Part shown: piece after piece, positions 27,649 to 37,314 of the stretch | Layout: each line of letters opens with the position of its first letter | Position numbering within the stretch: the first letter of the stretch is position 1 | Origin: an uncultured Pseudomonadota bacterium | Lineage (GTDB): Bacteria; Pseudomonadota; Alphaproteobacteria; Acetobacterales; Acetobacteraceae | Length of the DNA: 64,000 nucleotides | Direction of reading: 5' to 3' | Assembly (NCBI GenBank): GCA_963830565.1 | Contig: CAWHMO010000016.1 | Span: 26,763-90,762 of the forward strand | Translations under genes and position numbers: made by a program | Notes under the pieces: model-generated | Database searches by the model: none | What the model saw: the letters and a program-made list of their open reading frames with translations, nothing else | Told to the model about the DNA's origin: nothing

Positions 27649-28437
27649 TCATAGCGGAGGCGCGTCCAGGGGCGCATTTGGGAGTTCCGTCGCGGGCACG
27701 GCCAACAGACCGCCCAGGCTGCTGGCCATCTCGGTGGGGATGAGAATCGTCGCCCCGCGATCCTTGTTCATCTCGTACAGCAGGTTCATCTGACGCAGCC
27801 GCAATGCCGTGGGGTCGGCGCCATACAGCCGCGCCGCCTCCAGCACTTGCTCGGCGATGGCCCGCTCGGCCGAGGCCAGGGTCACGCGCGCGACCCGCTC
27901 GCGCTCGGCCTGCGCCTGACGGCTCATCGCATCCTGCAGGTCGCGCGGGATGGAAACGTCGCGGATCTCCACGCTGCGCACCGTCATGCCCCAGTCGATG
28001 GTCTTCTCGGCGATCACCGCGCGCAATTGTTCGTCGGCGGACCGCCGATCCGACAACAGGCGCGCGAGGTCGGAGGCGCCGATCATCTCGCGCAGGCTGG
28101 TCTGCGCCACCCGCTCGATCGCCTCGCGGTAATTGGCGATGCGGACGGCCGCCGCGGCCGCGTCGGCCACCTGCCAGAAGACGATCGCATCGACGCCGAC
28201 CGCCACCGTATCGCGCGTCAGCGCCTGCTCGGCGCTGATCGTGCTGGTCTGGATGCGCAGATCGATCACCTGCGCGGCGCGGTCGATGAGCGGGAGCAGC
28301 AGATAGAGGCCCGGCCCCTTCACCTTGTGCAACCGCCCCAGGCGCAGGATGACCGCGCGCTGCCATTCGGTGGCGATGCGCACGGACAGCACCAGGAGGA
28401 CGGCGATCACCGCGACGATCACGTAAAGCGCGATCAC
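27649..28437 (-). CDS. SPFH/band-7 (stomatin/slipin-like) membrane protein
   Basis: N-terminal TM helix followed by VRIATEWQRAVILRLGRLHKVKGPGLYLLLPLIDR...TRD...VDAIVFWQV, the typical slipin pattern. GTG start overlaps the upstream stop. Confidence 0.88.
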   Translation of the reverse strand: MIALYVIVAVIAVLLVLSVRIATEWQRAVILRLGRLHKVKGPGLYLLLPLIDRAAQVIDLRIQTSTISAEQALTRDTVAVGVDAIVFWQVADAAAAAVRIANYREAIERVAQTSLREMIGASDLARLLSDRRSADEQLRAVIAEKTIDWGMTVRSVEIRDVSIPRDLQDAMSRQAQAERERVARVTLASAERAIAEQVLEAARLYGADPTALRLRQMNLLYEMNKDRGATILIPTEMASSLGGLLAVPATELPNAPLDAPPL

Positions 28438-28832
28438 GCCGCTGGTTCCCGCCGGGCGGGAACGCGTAACACCGCCTGAAGCTCCGCGAGGTCTGGTTCA
28501 CCAGCCGCGGCCGCCGCATCCTCTAGCCGGCGATAGGCCGCGAGCACCCGCGCGCCGAGCGAGGTGAGTGCCGCCCCACCGCCGCCGGCGCCTCCCTTGG
28601 CGGCATCCACCAGCGGGCTGGCGAACATGGCGTTCATCTCCTCGGCCAGGGACCAGGCGCGCTTGTAGCTCATCCCCATGCGCCGGCCGGCAGCGGCGAT
28701 CGAGCCGGTCTCGGCGATGCTCTGCAGCAGCTCGGCCTTGCCCGGACCGATGGCGACGGCCTTTCCCAGCACCACGCGCAAGTGGAGGCCGAGACGCTCA
28801 GGATGACGCACGCGCCGCATGCGGCGGAGCAA
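28434..28832 (-). CDS. winged-helix DNA-binding protein, ModE N-terminal-domain-like
   Basis: IGPGKAELLQSIAETGSIAAAGRRMGMSYKRAWSLAEEMN matches the ModE/LysR-type wHTH. There is no TOBE domain. Confidence 0.65.
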   Translation of the reverse strand: MLRRMRRVRHPERLGLHLRVVLGKAVAIGPGKAELLQSIAETGSIAAAGRRMGMSYKRAWSLAEEMNAMFASPLVDAAKGGAGGGGAALTSLGARVLAAYRRLEDAAAAAGEPDLAELQAVLRVPARREPAA

Positions 28833-28870
28833 AGCACGCGCTCCCTGGGCCCGGCTAGGGCAACGCGGCG

Positions 28871-29461
28871 CTAACCCGGTTCTGCGAGCGGCAGCGTGAC
28901 CCCGATCATGTCGCCCTCATGCACGATCGACGCCAAGCGGGCCTCGTCCCAGCCCTCCGTGCCGGCGGGGCGGACCGGCAACACCATCCAACGGTAGTCG
29001 GCGGTGGAATCCACCACGCGCACCGTCACCCCATCCGCCAGAACAGTGCCCCATTCCGCCAGCAGCCCGCGCGGGTCGCGGACGGCACGGGCGCGATACG
29101 CGGCCGACTTGTACCAGAATGGCGGATATCCAAGCACGGCGCGCGGGTAGCAACTGCACAGCGTGCAGACGACGAGGTTATGGACCGTCTCGGTATTCTC
29201 CAGCACCCCGAGCGGCGGAGCGCCCCGCATCGGAATGCCCAACATCTCGGTGGCCTTGGTGCCGTCCTCGAGCATCAGCGCGCGATACTGCGGATCGAGC
29301 CACGCCCTGGCGACCATGCGCGCGCCCTGGCCGGGCACGGCGGCATCGGTCGCGGCGCGGCTCTCGGCGATCTCGGCCTCGGTCACGAGGTTCTTCTCCG
29401 CCAGCAACGCGCGCAACGCGGCCAGCATCCGTTCGCCATCGGTTTGAAGAATGGTGCTCAT
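28871..29461 (-). CDS. nitrile hydratase alpha subunit, cobalt-type motif
   Basis: VVCTLCSCYPRAVLGYPPFWYKSAAYRARAVRDPR contains the CTLCSC metal claw. I prefer the start MSTILQ (ATG 29461), which forms an ATGA overlap with the upstream gene; the table ORF extends to 29476. Confidence 0.88.
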   Translation of the reverse strand: MSTILQTDGERMLAALRALLAEKNLVTEAEIAESRAATDAAVPGQGARMVARAWLDPQYRALMLEDGTKATEMLGIPMRGAPPLGVLENTETVHNLVVCTLCSCYPRAVLGYPPFWYKSAAYRARAVRDPRGLLAEWGTVLADGVTVRVVDSTADYRWMVLPVRPAGTEGWDEARLASIVHEGDMIGVTLPLAEPG

Positions 29462-29742
29462 GCCGGCTCCAGCCAATGTTCGAAGATCTCCACCAGCAGC
29501 TCGTCCCCTGCCCGGCCTTCTTGCCAGACCGTCGGTTGATCGAACGCGACATGGTACAGCGTCCGGGTGGCAGCTTGCCGGCCGAAGGCCAGGTCCTCGG
29601 GGTTCGGGAAGGCACCAAGCCGGCGCACCACGCGACCGCGCATCCCGCGCAGATAGTGCGGCGTGCGGATATGCACCGGCCCGCGCCTTTCCGGCCAGTC
29701 GTCCCTGACGCGCACCGCGAGGCCGGGGGCGAAGTCGGTCAT
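29458..29742 (-). CDS. nitrile hydratase beta subunit, C-terminal-half protein (94 aa)
   Basis: Internal ATG 29742 of ORF 29458..30081. FAPGLAVRVRDDWPERRGPVHIRTPHYLRGMRGRVV...LYHVAFDQPTVW matches the SH3-like C-terminal domain of NHase beta. Confidence 0.8.
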   Translation of the reverse strand: MTDFAPGLAVRVRDDWPERRGPVHIRTPHYLRGMRGRVVRRLGAFPNPEDLAFGRQAATRTLYHVAFDQPTVWQEGRAGDELLVEIFEHWLEPA

Positions 29743-30050
29743 CGTGTCCGCTCCAGCGCCGCTTCCAGCTCGGCCTCGGTGATGACGCCCTTGCGGATCA
29801 GGTTGTCCGCTATGGAGCGAACCCAGCGCCGGTAATAGCTCAATCGATGGTACTCGGCCTCCGGAATGGCCTCGATGCCGCGCCGCAACTCGTCGACCGT
29901 CATGACGCGCTTGCGCCCCAATACCTGGCGCAGCGCGTCCACGTCGCGGTCGAACTCGGTCAGGCCGTGCGGCTGGATGTCCACCGGCTCGCACATAAAT
30001 CGACCGGCACCCCCTAGATCGTGGTGGGCGCGGGGTACGTCCTTTTCCAT
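29739..30050 (-). CDS. nitrile hydratase beta subunit, N-terminal-half protein (103 aa)
   Basis: HHDLGG near the N-terminus and MTVDELRRGIEAIPEAEYHRLSYYRRWVRSIADNLIRKGVITEAEL match the NHase beta N-terminal domain. ATGA overlap with the next gene. Confidence 0.8.
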   Translation of the reverse strand: MEKDVPRAHHDLGGAGRFMCEPVDIQPHGLTEFDRDVDALRQVLGRKRVMTVDELRRGIEAIPEAEYHRLSYYRRWVRSIADNLIRKGVITEAELEAALERTR

Positions 30051-30093
30051 GCGGGGACGATAGCCCGCGGGCCGCGCGCACGCGAGTCGCGGT

Positions 30094-30519
30094 TCAGTCC
30101 TCCACCGGCTGGTGCCGCGCCCGGACGCCCCTTTCGATCGCCGCGGCCACCAGCCGATCCAGGTGTAGCTCCCCCGCCACGAAGGCCAGCATCTCCAGCG
30201 ACTGCTGCCCGGCGACGTCGTCGGCCGCGATCACCTCGCAGGCGAGCGCGTAGGCGGTCTCTCGTAGCCTCGGACTGAGCGCGGTGCGGATCAGGCGGCC
30301 GGCGTGGCGCAACCCATCCTCTTCGTTCAGCAACTCTACGGCAGCTTCAGTCGCGAAATCGAGCGCGCTCGCAGAGAAGTCGCGGAAGGCAGGCAGCGTC
30401 TGAACCTGCCCCGCCATGACCCCGATCTCGCGGTCCGTCATGCCGCCGTCCGCGGCGGCGACCAGCACCATAGTGCAGACCAGCGCCTCGGGCGCATCGA
30501 GTTGCGTGAGCTTAGACAT
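30094..30519 (-). CDS. TerB-like (tellurite-resistance TerB family) protein
   Basis: Internal start MSKLTQL at residue 68 of ORF 30094..30720. Shows the four-helix TerB-like pattern MVLVAAADGGMTDREIGVM...ACEVIAADDVAGQQSLEMLAFVAGEL. Confidence 0.55.
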   Translation of the reverse strand: MSKLTQLDAPEALVCTMVLVAAADGGMTDREIGVMAGQVQTLPAFRDFSASALDFATEAAVELLNEEDGLRHAGRLIRTALSPRLRETAYALACEVIAADDVAGQQSLEMLAFVAGELHLDRLVAAAIERGVRARHQPVED

Positions 30520-30562
30520 AAGAAACGCTCCATGGGGGCGGCCGCGGACGGACCCGTCGCCG

Positions 30563-33355
30563 TTACCGATCAGCCGGCTGCATCGGATGTTCCAGGAAGT
30601 TCCGCACTTCCGCAATCGCCTGGGACAGGCCGATCCGCCGGACCGGAACACCTGGGGGCAACGCCGACAGCAGGCGCGAGGGGGTCTGGCGATCGAGCAG
30701 GACGAAGGCGCCGCGATCACTGCCGCGCCGGATCAGCCGCCCGAATGCCTGGCGCAGGCGCAGCCGGGCGATCCGGTCGTCATAGGCCTTCGGATTGCCC
30801 ATCGCGAGATGGATGCGGCGCTCGCGATGCAGGATGTCGGGACGCGGCCAGGGCACCTTCTCCAGCACCACGAGCCGCAGTGCCCGACCGGGCACGTCAA
30901 CGCCGTCGCGCATCGCGTCCGTCCCCAAAAGACAGCTTTCCTCCTCGGCACGGAAGATGTCGACCAAGGTCGCGTTATCCGTGGCGTCGACGTGCTGGGC
31001 ATAGAGCGGGAGCCCTCGCGCCTCCAGCTCCGGCGCGATGCGGCCGTGGACGGCTCTCAGACGATTGATGGCGGTGAACAAGCCCAGCGCGCCGCCGCCC
31101 GCGGCCAGGAACAGCTCCCGGTAGGCGGCGGCGAGCGCGCCGAGATCGCCGAAAGGCAGGTCGGTGACAATGAAGGCTCGGGTCTGGGCCGCGTAGTCGA
31201 ACGGGCTGGCGACGGTCGCGCGAATGGCGGGCGAAGGAAGGTGCGAGGCACCGACCCGTGCCTCCGCCGCGGCCCAGGAGGTCTCCGTGTCCGCCTCCGC
31301 TCCGTCGCGCAGCGTGGCCGAGGTGACAAGCAGCCCCTGCGCCGGCGCGGCGAGCGTCATGACGAACGGTACCGTGGGGTCCAGCCAGTGGCGGTGCAGT
31401 CCGGCATCCCGGTCCAACGCGTCGCGCCGATCGAGGCGCAGAAACAGGACGTGCTCGGGCCGCTGCCCGGGTTCAGGCGGGACGGCCGCCACGGCGCGCA
31501 GCATCGCCTGCCAGACCGACAGCGGCGCTAGGGCGCGGCGGGCGATCGCGCCGCACATCGCCTCGATTCGCATACGCGTGGCGGCGTCCAGATCGTCGGC
31601 TTCTTCGTCCAGCCGCGCCATGAGCCGAGCCGACAGGGCCACCATGGGCTGGGCGATCCGCGCCAGGGCGCGCTCAAGCCGCAGCGCAGCCTCAGACAGC
31701 TCGATGGCGACCGGGTAGAGGTCGCACTCCACGGTGCCGTGTGCTGGCGGCTCCTCCGCCCGGCGCGCGAGAATTTGCCGACGAATCAGGCGCAAGAACC
31801 CTTCCGTCGGGTTCGGCTGGCCGGCATCGAGCCCGGCGAGTTCCGGCCCGTCCTCGACCAGGCGCGGGGACCAGCCCGGCGCGGGCAACGCACGCGCGGC
31901 CTGCAGGGCGGCGTCCAGCATCGACTCCAGTTTGGGCCGGCCGGCAACGAGATCCTCGACGCGCCGCCGCAGGCCACGCGAGCGCGACCGGCCGCCTTCG
32001 GCGCCCAGCAGCCAGCGCCGCAGCTCGGCCGCTTCAGCGCCGGAGAGGACGCAGGCGAAGGCGCCATCGGCGGCGGCGAACAGATGATGACCTTCGTCGA
32101 ACACGTACCGGCTTGGCACCGTGGCTTCGTCCAGCCCGCCCCAGGCCGCCTGGGACATCACCAGGGCGTGGTTCGCGATCACCAGCTCGGCGTGGCGCGC
32201 GCGGCGAATCGTGTGCTCGACGAAGCAGCGGCGCCAGTGCGGACAGGCGGCATGGATGCACTCGCCGCGCCGGTCCGCCAGGGCGAGGATCGTGCTGGCG
32301 CCGAACAGCTCGGTCATCCAACCGGGCAGATCCCCGCCCTGGATATCCCCGTCCGTGCTTGCCAGCGTCCAGCGCGCGACCAGCCCCACCGGCACTGCTT
32401 CGGACGGCAGGTTGCGTGCAACCGCGTCCTCCAGGTTCAGCAGGCACAGATAGTTCTCCCGCCCCTTGCGCACGACCACGCGCCGGCGCCGCTCGGCGGG
32501 ATCGGGAAACAGGCGCGCTAGCTCGGCGTCGATCTGGCGCTGCAGGTGGCGGGTGAAGGTGCTGATCCAGACGGCACCATGGTTGCGCTCCGCCCAGAGG
32601 CTGGCGGGCGCGATGTAGCCCAGGGTCTTGCCCGTGCCAGTCCCGGCCTCGGCCAGCACCATTCTCGGATCGCCCCGCTGTTCGCGCGGCGTGAAGGCGG
32701 CGGCGGCGGCCCCGGCGTAGTCGGCCTGACCCGGCCGCTGTTCGGCGTCGGGGCCCAGCATGGCGGCGAGCCGCCCCCGCGCCTCGGCTTCCGTGACAGG
32801 ATGTGCCGCTGGCGGCGGTGGGGGCGCGGTCTCCTCCCACTCCGGCAGGCGTTTCCAGACTTTCAACGCATCGCCCGAGACCGCCGCGTTCGGCTCCCGC
32901 AGCGCGGCGAGGACGAATGGCGCCCAGCCCCAGCCGGCCCGACCCATGCGCGCCGCAAGGCCCGCGGCGTCGCGATTGAGGGGCAGGCTTCGCCCCTCGG
33001 CCATTCGGCGCAGCAGCACGGTCGCCAGATCGGGCAACAGGGCCGCGGCCGCCTCGGGGCCATGGGGCGGGGGATCGAGGTCGAGCGCGATCGCCAAGCC
33101 CCGCGGTGTGGGCGCGGCGCTGCGCGCCGGCAGGACGAAGGCGAACAGCTCAAGCAGGTCGTAGCAGGGCATCGACCGCAGCCCGAGCCGTCGCAATGTC
33201 AGCGGTGCATGAACTAGCAGGGGAGGCGGCAGGGTCCGCAAATGGGCACCGGCCTGTTCTTGCGTCAGCAGCAGCATCTCGCCATCCGGCGTGAGCAGGG
33301 CGGCGCGGCCGTGTCCGGCGACCAGAGCCGGGGCCTCGGGCAGAATCAGCGGCAC
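30563..33355 (-). CDS. ATP-dependent DNA helicase, DinG/XPD (Rad3) family
   Basis: 930 aa. Walker A AEAGTGTGKTLGY, an Fe-S Cys cluster region (YLCLLN...CIHAACPHWRRCF), DEGHHL, and C-terminal helicase motifs (LLGTDAMRDGVDVPG). Confidence 0.88.
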   Translation of the reverse strand: MPLILPEAPALVAGHGRAALLTPDGEMLLLTQEQAGAHLRTLPPPLLVHAPLTLRRLGLRSMPCYDLLELFAFVLPARSAAPTPRGLAIALDLDPPPHGPEAAAALLPDLATVLLRRMAEGRSLPLNRDAAGLAARMGRAGWGWAPFVLAALREPNAAVSGDALKVWKRLPEWEETAPPPPPAAHPVTEAEARGRLAAMLGPDAEQRPGQADYAGAAAAAFTPREQRGDPRMVLAEAGTGTGKTLGYIAPASLWAERNHGAVWISTFTRHLQRQIDAELARLFPDPAERRRRVVVRKGRENYLCLLNLEDAVARNLPSEAVPVGLVARWTLASTDGDIQGGDLPGWMTELFGASTILALADRRGECIHAACPHWRRCFVEHTIRRARHAELVIANHALVMSQAAWGGLDEATVPSRYVFDEGHHLFAAADGAFACVLSGAEAAELRRWLLGAEGGRSRSRGLRRRVEDLVAGRPKLESMLDAALQAARALPAPGWSPRLVEDGPELAGLDAGQPNPTEGFLRLIRRQILARRAEEPPAHGTVECDLYPVAIELSEAALRLERALARIAQPMVALSARLMARLDEEADDLDAATRMRIEAMCGAIARRALAPLSVWQAMLRAVAAVPPEPGQRPEHVLFLRLDRRDALDRDAGLHRHWLDPTVPFVMTLAAPAQGLLVTSATLRDGAEADTETSWAAAEARVGASHLPSPAIRATVASPFDYAAQTRAFIVTDLPFGDLGALAAAYRELFLAAGGGALGLFTAINRLRAVHGRIAPELEARGLPLYAQHVDATDNATLVDIFRAEEESCLLGTDAMRDGVDVPGRALRLVVLEKVPWPRPDILHRERRIHLAMGNPKAYDDRIARLRLRQAFGRLIRRGSDRGAFVLLDRQTPSRLLSALPPGVPVRRIGLSQAIAEVRNFLEHPMQPADR

Positions 33356-33419
33356 GATCGGTGGGTAGCAGTCTCCTGGGCGCGCGCGCCATAGCCGCGC
33401 TGTGAGCCAGCCCTCGCAA

Positions 33420-33983
33420 TCAGGGCCATGACGCCGTGAGCCCGCGTCTTCGCGAGCGCGCGGCGCGTCCCAGCAAGGAGACCACGATCTGCCCGATCAA
33501 CGATCCGAGTCCGAGACCGGCCAGTCCATAGATGGCGGAGCTGGTGCTGATGACCACCTCTGGCACATAGGTGTCGAGGGTCGTCCACAGCACCGGCGCC
33601 TTGTAGCCCTTCGGATCGGCGAGCAGGTCCAGCACGGCGGTCACTGGCTGCTGGAGACGAGGAGCCGAATTGATGCGGTCATATGTCGCTTGCAGCACGC
33701 GAGCGCGTTCTACCGAGGCAGCGAGTGTCTGGGCGTTCGACGGCTCGACTGGTCGGAGCGCCGCGATGATATCCTCATCCGTTTCACTAGGCGGAAGGTG
33801 ATAGAACTGGCGACCCGAAGCCTCCCTCTGGTCGATGTCCCGCCGCGCATCCCCCGCCACCTGCAGGATGGCGACGGCGTATTCATGCGTCAGCGCCGGA
33901 ATCTGCATCGCCATGAAGGCCAAGCCGAGCGACAGGGCAAGCCGGATCGTGTCCGACAGCCAGCGGGCGATGAAACCTGCCAT
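33420..33983 (-). CDS. DUF2937-like membrane-associated protein
   Basis: Internal start MAGFIARW at residue 27 of ORF 33420..34061. It has N- and C-terminal hydrophobic helices and a helical middle. The family assignment is from memory only. Confidence 0.45.
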   Translation of the reverse strand: MAGFIARWLSDTIRLALSLGLAFMAMQIPALTHEYAVAILQVAGDARRDIDQREASGRQFYHLPPSETDEDIIAALRPVEPSNAQTLAASVERARVLQATYDRINSAPRLQQPVTAVLDLLADPKGYKAPVLWTTLDTYVPEVVISTSSAIYGLAGLGLGSLIGQIVVSLLGRAARSRRRGLTASWP

Positions 33984-34136
33984 CGACTGCCTCTCCTCCC
34001 CAATGGCGCTTTCAGGCAGCCGGCCGTTGTCCCCCGATGAGTAAGGGATGGCTGCGCCCACGACTGGACACCGTCCGGCGCGCGGGTCATATCCACCCGC
34101 CGCGCTGTCTATTGCAGACCTACAAGGAGCGACGCC

Positions 34137-35360
34137 ATGCGCCTGTTTGCCGGACTACTTGCCAGCGTCGCCGCCGCCGCGATATCGCTTGGCGCGGCGC
34201 GGGCGCAAGGCACCAATGACGGGCCGGTCAAGATCGGCGTACTCACCGACATGTCGGGACTGTACGCCGATATCGGCGGTCCCGGCTCGGTGCAGGCCGC
34301 GAAGATGGCGATCGAGGATTTCGGCGGCAAGCTGCTCGGCAAGCCGATCGAGCTGGTCAGCGCCGATCACCAGAACAAGCCCAACAACGGCGCCTCCATC
34401 GCGCGCCAATGGTATACGCGCGACGGCGTGGACGCGATCGTCGATGTCCCGACCTCGTCCGTGGCGCTCGCCGTGGAAGGCGTCTCGAAGGAGCAGAAGA
34501 AGCTGTTCTTCGCCACCGGCCCCGGCGCCTCAGACATCACCGGCAAGAACTGCTCCCCGTACACCGCGCACTGGGTGTACGACACCTACGCCCTGGCGCA
34601 CGGCACCGGCTCGGCGATCGTCAAGCAGGGCGGCAAGTCCTGGTTCTTCCTGACCGCCGACTACGCCTTCGGCCACGACCTCGAGCGCGACACGGCGGAG
34701 GTGGTGAACGCGAGCGGCGGCAAGGTTCTCGGCCAGGCGCTGGTGCCGCTGAGCACGGCGGACTTCTCCAACTACCTGCTGGAGGCGCAGGGCTCGAAGG
34801 CGCAGATCGTCGGCCTCGCCAATGCCGGTCAGGACACGGTGAACTCGATCAAGCAGGCGGCGGAGTTCGGGCTGACCAAGCAGGGCCAGAAGCTCGCCGG
34901 ACTTCTGGTGTTCATCACCGACATAAACAGCCTCGGCCTGCCGGCGGCGCAGGGCCTGGAGCTCACCTCTGCCTTCTACTGGGACCAGAACCCGCAGGCG
35001 CACGCATGGTCGGAGCGCTTCATGAAGGCGGTGCATCACATGCCGACGATGAACCAGGCCGGAGTATGGAGCGCGCTGCACCACTATTTCGAGGCGGTGC
35101 GGGCGGTGGGCAGCAAGGACCCCGAGAAGGTGATGGCGAAGATGCGCGAGACGCCGATCAACGACTTCATGACCCATGACGGCAAGCTGCGCATCGACGG
35201 GCGCGTGCTGCGCGACCTGTATCTCTTCCAGGTGAAGACGCCGGCCGAGTCGAAGGCGCCGTGGGACTACTACAAGCAGCTTCGGGTCATCCCGTCGGAT
35301 GAGGCATTCCGCCCGCTTGACAAGGGGGGTTGCCCACTGGTCACGGCGGCGCAGAAGTAG
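34137..35360 (+). CDS. ABC transporter substrate-binding protein, Leu/Ile/Val-binding (type 1 PBP) family
   Basis: Signal peptide, then VKIGVLTDMSGLYADIGGPGSVQAAKMAIEDFGGK. It is an orphan, with no adjacent permease. Confidence 0.85.
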   Translation: MRLFAGLLASVAAAAISLGAARAQGTNDGPVKIGVLTDMSGLYADIGGPGSVQAAKMAIEDFGGKLLGKPIELVSADHQNKPNNGASIARQWYTRDGVDAIVDVPTSSVALAVEGVSKEQKKLFFATGPGASDITGKNCSPYTAHWVYDTYALAHGTGSAIVKQGGKSWFFLTADYAFGHDLERDTAEVVNASGGKVLGQALVPLSTADFSNYLLEAQGSKAQIVGLANAGQDTVNSIKQAAEFGLTKQGQKLAGLLVFITDINSLGLPAAQGLELTSAFYWDQNPQAHAWSERFMKAVHHMPTMNQAGVWSALHHYFEAVRAVGSKDPEKVMAKMRETPINDFMTHDGKLRIDGRVLRDLYLFQVKTPAESKAPWDYYKQLRVIPSDEAFRPLDKGGCPLVTAAQK

Positions 35361-35396
35361 AACACTCAAATCGCCGACAAGAGGGAAGGATCCGCC

Positions 35397-36599
35397 ATGC
35401 GTAGCGCCGTCATCGTCTCCACCGCCCGCACCCCGATCGGCAAGGCCTACCGGGGCGCCTTCAACGACACCCAGGCCCAGGCGCTCGGCGGGCACGTCAT
35501 CGCCGAGGCGGTCAAGCGCGCGCGTATCGAGCCCGGCGAGGTGGAGGACGTGGTGATGGGCGCCGCGCTGCAGCAGGGCAGCTCGGGGTTCAACGTCGCC
35601 CGGCAGAGCGCGCTGCGGGCGGGGCTTCCCGACAGCGTGGCCGGGATGTCGGTCGATCGGCAATGCGCCTCCGGCCTGATGGCCATCGCGACCGCCGCCA
35701 AGCAGATCATCGACGACAGCATGAGCATCGTCGTGGGCGGCGGGCTCGAATCCGTCTCGCTGGTGCAGAACGAGCACCGCAACGGCTATCGCGCGGCGGA
35801 CCCCGAGCTGGTTTCCCGCGTCCCGCAGATCTACATGGCGATGATCGAGACAGCGGAGATCGTCGCGGACCGCTACGGCGTCTCGCGGGAGGACCAGGAC
35901 GAGTACTCGCTGCGCTCGCAGCAGCGCACGGCGGCCGCTCAGCAGGCGGGGCGGTTCGACGACGAGATCGTTGCCCTCCCCACCACGATGCTGGTCGCCG
36001 ACAAGGCAACAAAGGAGACCGCGCCCAAGAAGGTTGCGCTCGGCAAGGACGAGGGCAACCGGCCGGAGACGACGCTGGAGGGGCTTGCCTCCCTCAAGCC
36101 CGTGTTCAAGGACGGCCAGCGCGTGAAACAGGGAAAGTTCATCACCGCCGGCAATGCCTCGCAGCTCTCCGACGGTGCCTCGGCCGCGGTGCTGATGGAG
36201 GAGAAGGAGGCCGAGCGGCGCGGCCTTCAGCCGCTCGGCATCTATCGCGGCATCGCGGTCGCCGGCTGCAATCCCGATGAGATGGGCATCGGCCCGGTTT
36301 TCGCCGTGCCCAAGCTTCTGGAGCGGCACGGTCTCAAGGTGGATGACATCGATCTTTGGGAGCTGAACGAGGCCTTCGCCTGCCAGGTGATCTATTGCCG
36401 CGACAAGCTCGGCATCCCGCAGGACAAGCTGAACGTCAACGGCGGGGCGATCTCGATCGGGCACCCGTACGGGATGTCCGGTGCGCGCATGGTCGGGCAC
36501 GCCTTGATCGAAGGCAAGCGGCGCGGCGCCAAGCATGTGGTGGTCACCATGTGCGTGGGCGGCGGGATGGGCGCGGCCGGGCTGTTCGAGGTCGCCTGA
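35397..36599 (+). CDS. acetyl-CoA C-acetyltransferase (thiolase II)
   Basis: VDRQCASGL (active-site Cys), [17 protein letters not shown] and CVGGGMG. Confidence 0.92.
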   Translation: MRSAVIVSTARTPIGKAYRGAFNDTQAQALGGHVIAEAVKRARIEPGEVEDVVMGAALQQGSSGFNVARQSALRAGLPDSVAGMSVDRQCASGLMAIATAAKQIIDDSMSIVVGGGLESVSLVQNEHRNGYRAADPELVSRVPQIYMAMIETAEIVADRYGVSREDQDEYSLRSQQRTAAAQQAGRFDDEIVALPTTMLVADKATKETAPKKVALGKDEGNRPETTLEGLASLKPVFKDGQRVKQGKFITAGNASQLSDGASAAVLMEEKEAERRGLQPLGIYRGIAVAGCNPDEMGIGPVFAVPKLLERHGLKVDDIDLWELNEAFACQVIYCRDKLGIPQDKLNVNGGAISIGHPYGMSGARMVGHALIEGKRRGAKHVVVTMCVGGGMGAAGLFEVA

Positions 36600-36741
36600 C
36601 CCAATGCTGCCCCTGGTCGAGGCCGCGTAGCCAGTCGAGGCCGTGCTCTAATGTCGCGGCTGGTTTCACGCGTGCCGAAGTAAGCACGACACAATCTTCC
36701 GCTCCCGATGTTCGGGCATGAACACCCTAGGAGGAAGCGCC

Positions 36742-37314
36742 ATGGCCGCGTTGGCATACATGATCTTCAAACAGCAAGATGGCAGCTATCTGAAGTCGGA
36801 GTCGCAAACGGTCTTTCAGGGGCAAGCCGGAATTCCCGAAGCTGCCGATTTCGTCAAAGCATCAAAGCTTGGCGACAATGGGATATTCGAGGTGGAAAAC
36901 TACAGCTTTGAAATCGAGCAAACCCTCAATATCGGAAGCCAGAGCAGCGGCGCAGGGGCCGGCAAGGTCACTTTCAATCCGTTTTCGATTACACGGGAAA
37001 TCGACAAGGCATCGCCGATCCTGCTCCAGATGGCTTCCTCTGGAACGCCCTTCCAGGAAGTCTCCCTGGCCCTGCGGAAGCCCCCAAACGGCGCGATCTT
37101 CCTGGTGTTCAATTTCAAGCTTGTCGCAGTCAAATTGATCTCCTGGGCAGGTGATACTGGGTCGATTAAGGAGGCGATCAGCTTCGAGTACGGCGGATTG
37201 CAGGTTTTCTATGGGCAGCAGAAGCCCGGCGGCGAAATGATGAAAACGGTGGCTGGCGGCTGGAACCGCGTTCTCAACAAGTCGGACACGGACATCAGTG
37301 CGCCCATCCCATAG
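36742..37314 (+). CDS. hcp: type VI secretion tube protein Hcp (orphan copy)
   Basis: ATG 36742 follows AGGAGGA. SSGAGAGKVTFNPFSITREIDKASPILLQMASSGTPFQEVSLALRK and ISFEYGGLQVFYGQQKPGG...GGWN align with the Hcp1 core blocks. The gene is visibly A/T-richer than thiolase and lysK. Confidence 0.8.
   Translation: MAALAYMIFKQQDGSYLKSESQTVFQGQAGIPEAADFVKASKLGDNGIFEVENYSFEIEQTLNIGSQSSGAGAGKVTFNPFSITREIDKASPILLQMASSGTPFQEVSLALRKPPNGAIFLVFNFKLVAVKLISWAGDTGSIKEAISFEYGGLQVFYGQQKPGGEMMKTVAGGWNRVLNKSDTDISAPIP

Noticed and set aside
34530-36536. 668-aa minus-strand ORF
   Set aside because: It is antisense to the Liv-type SBP and thiolase genes, and I recognise no domains in it.
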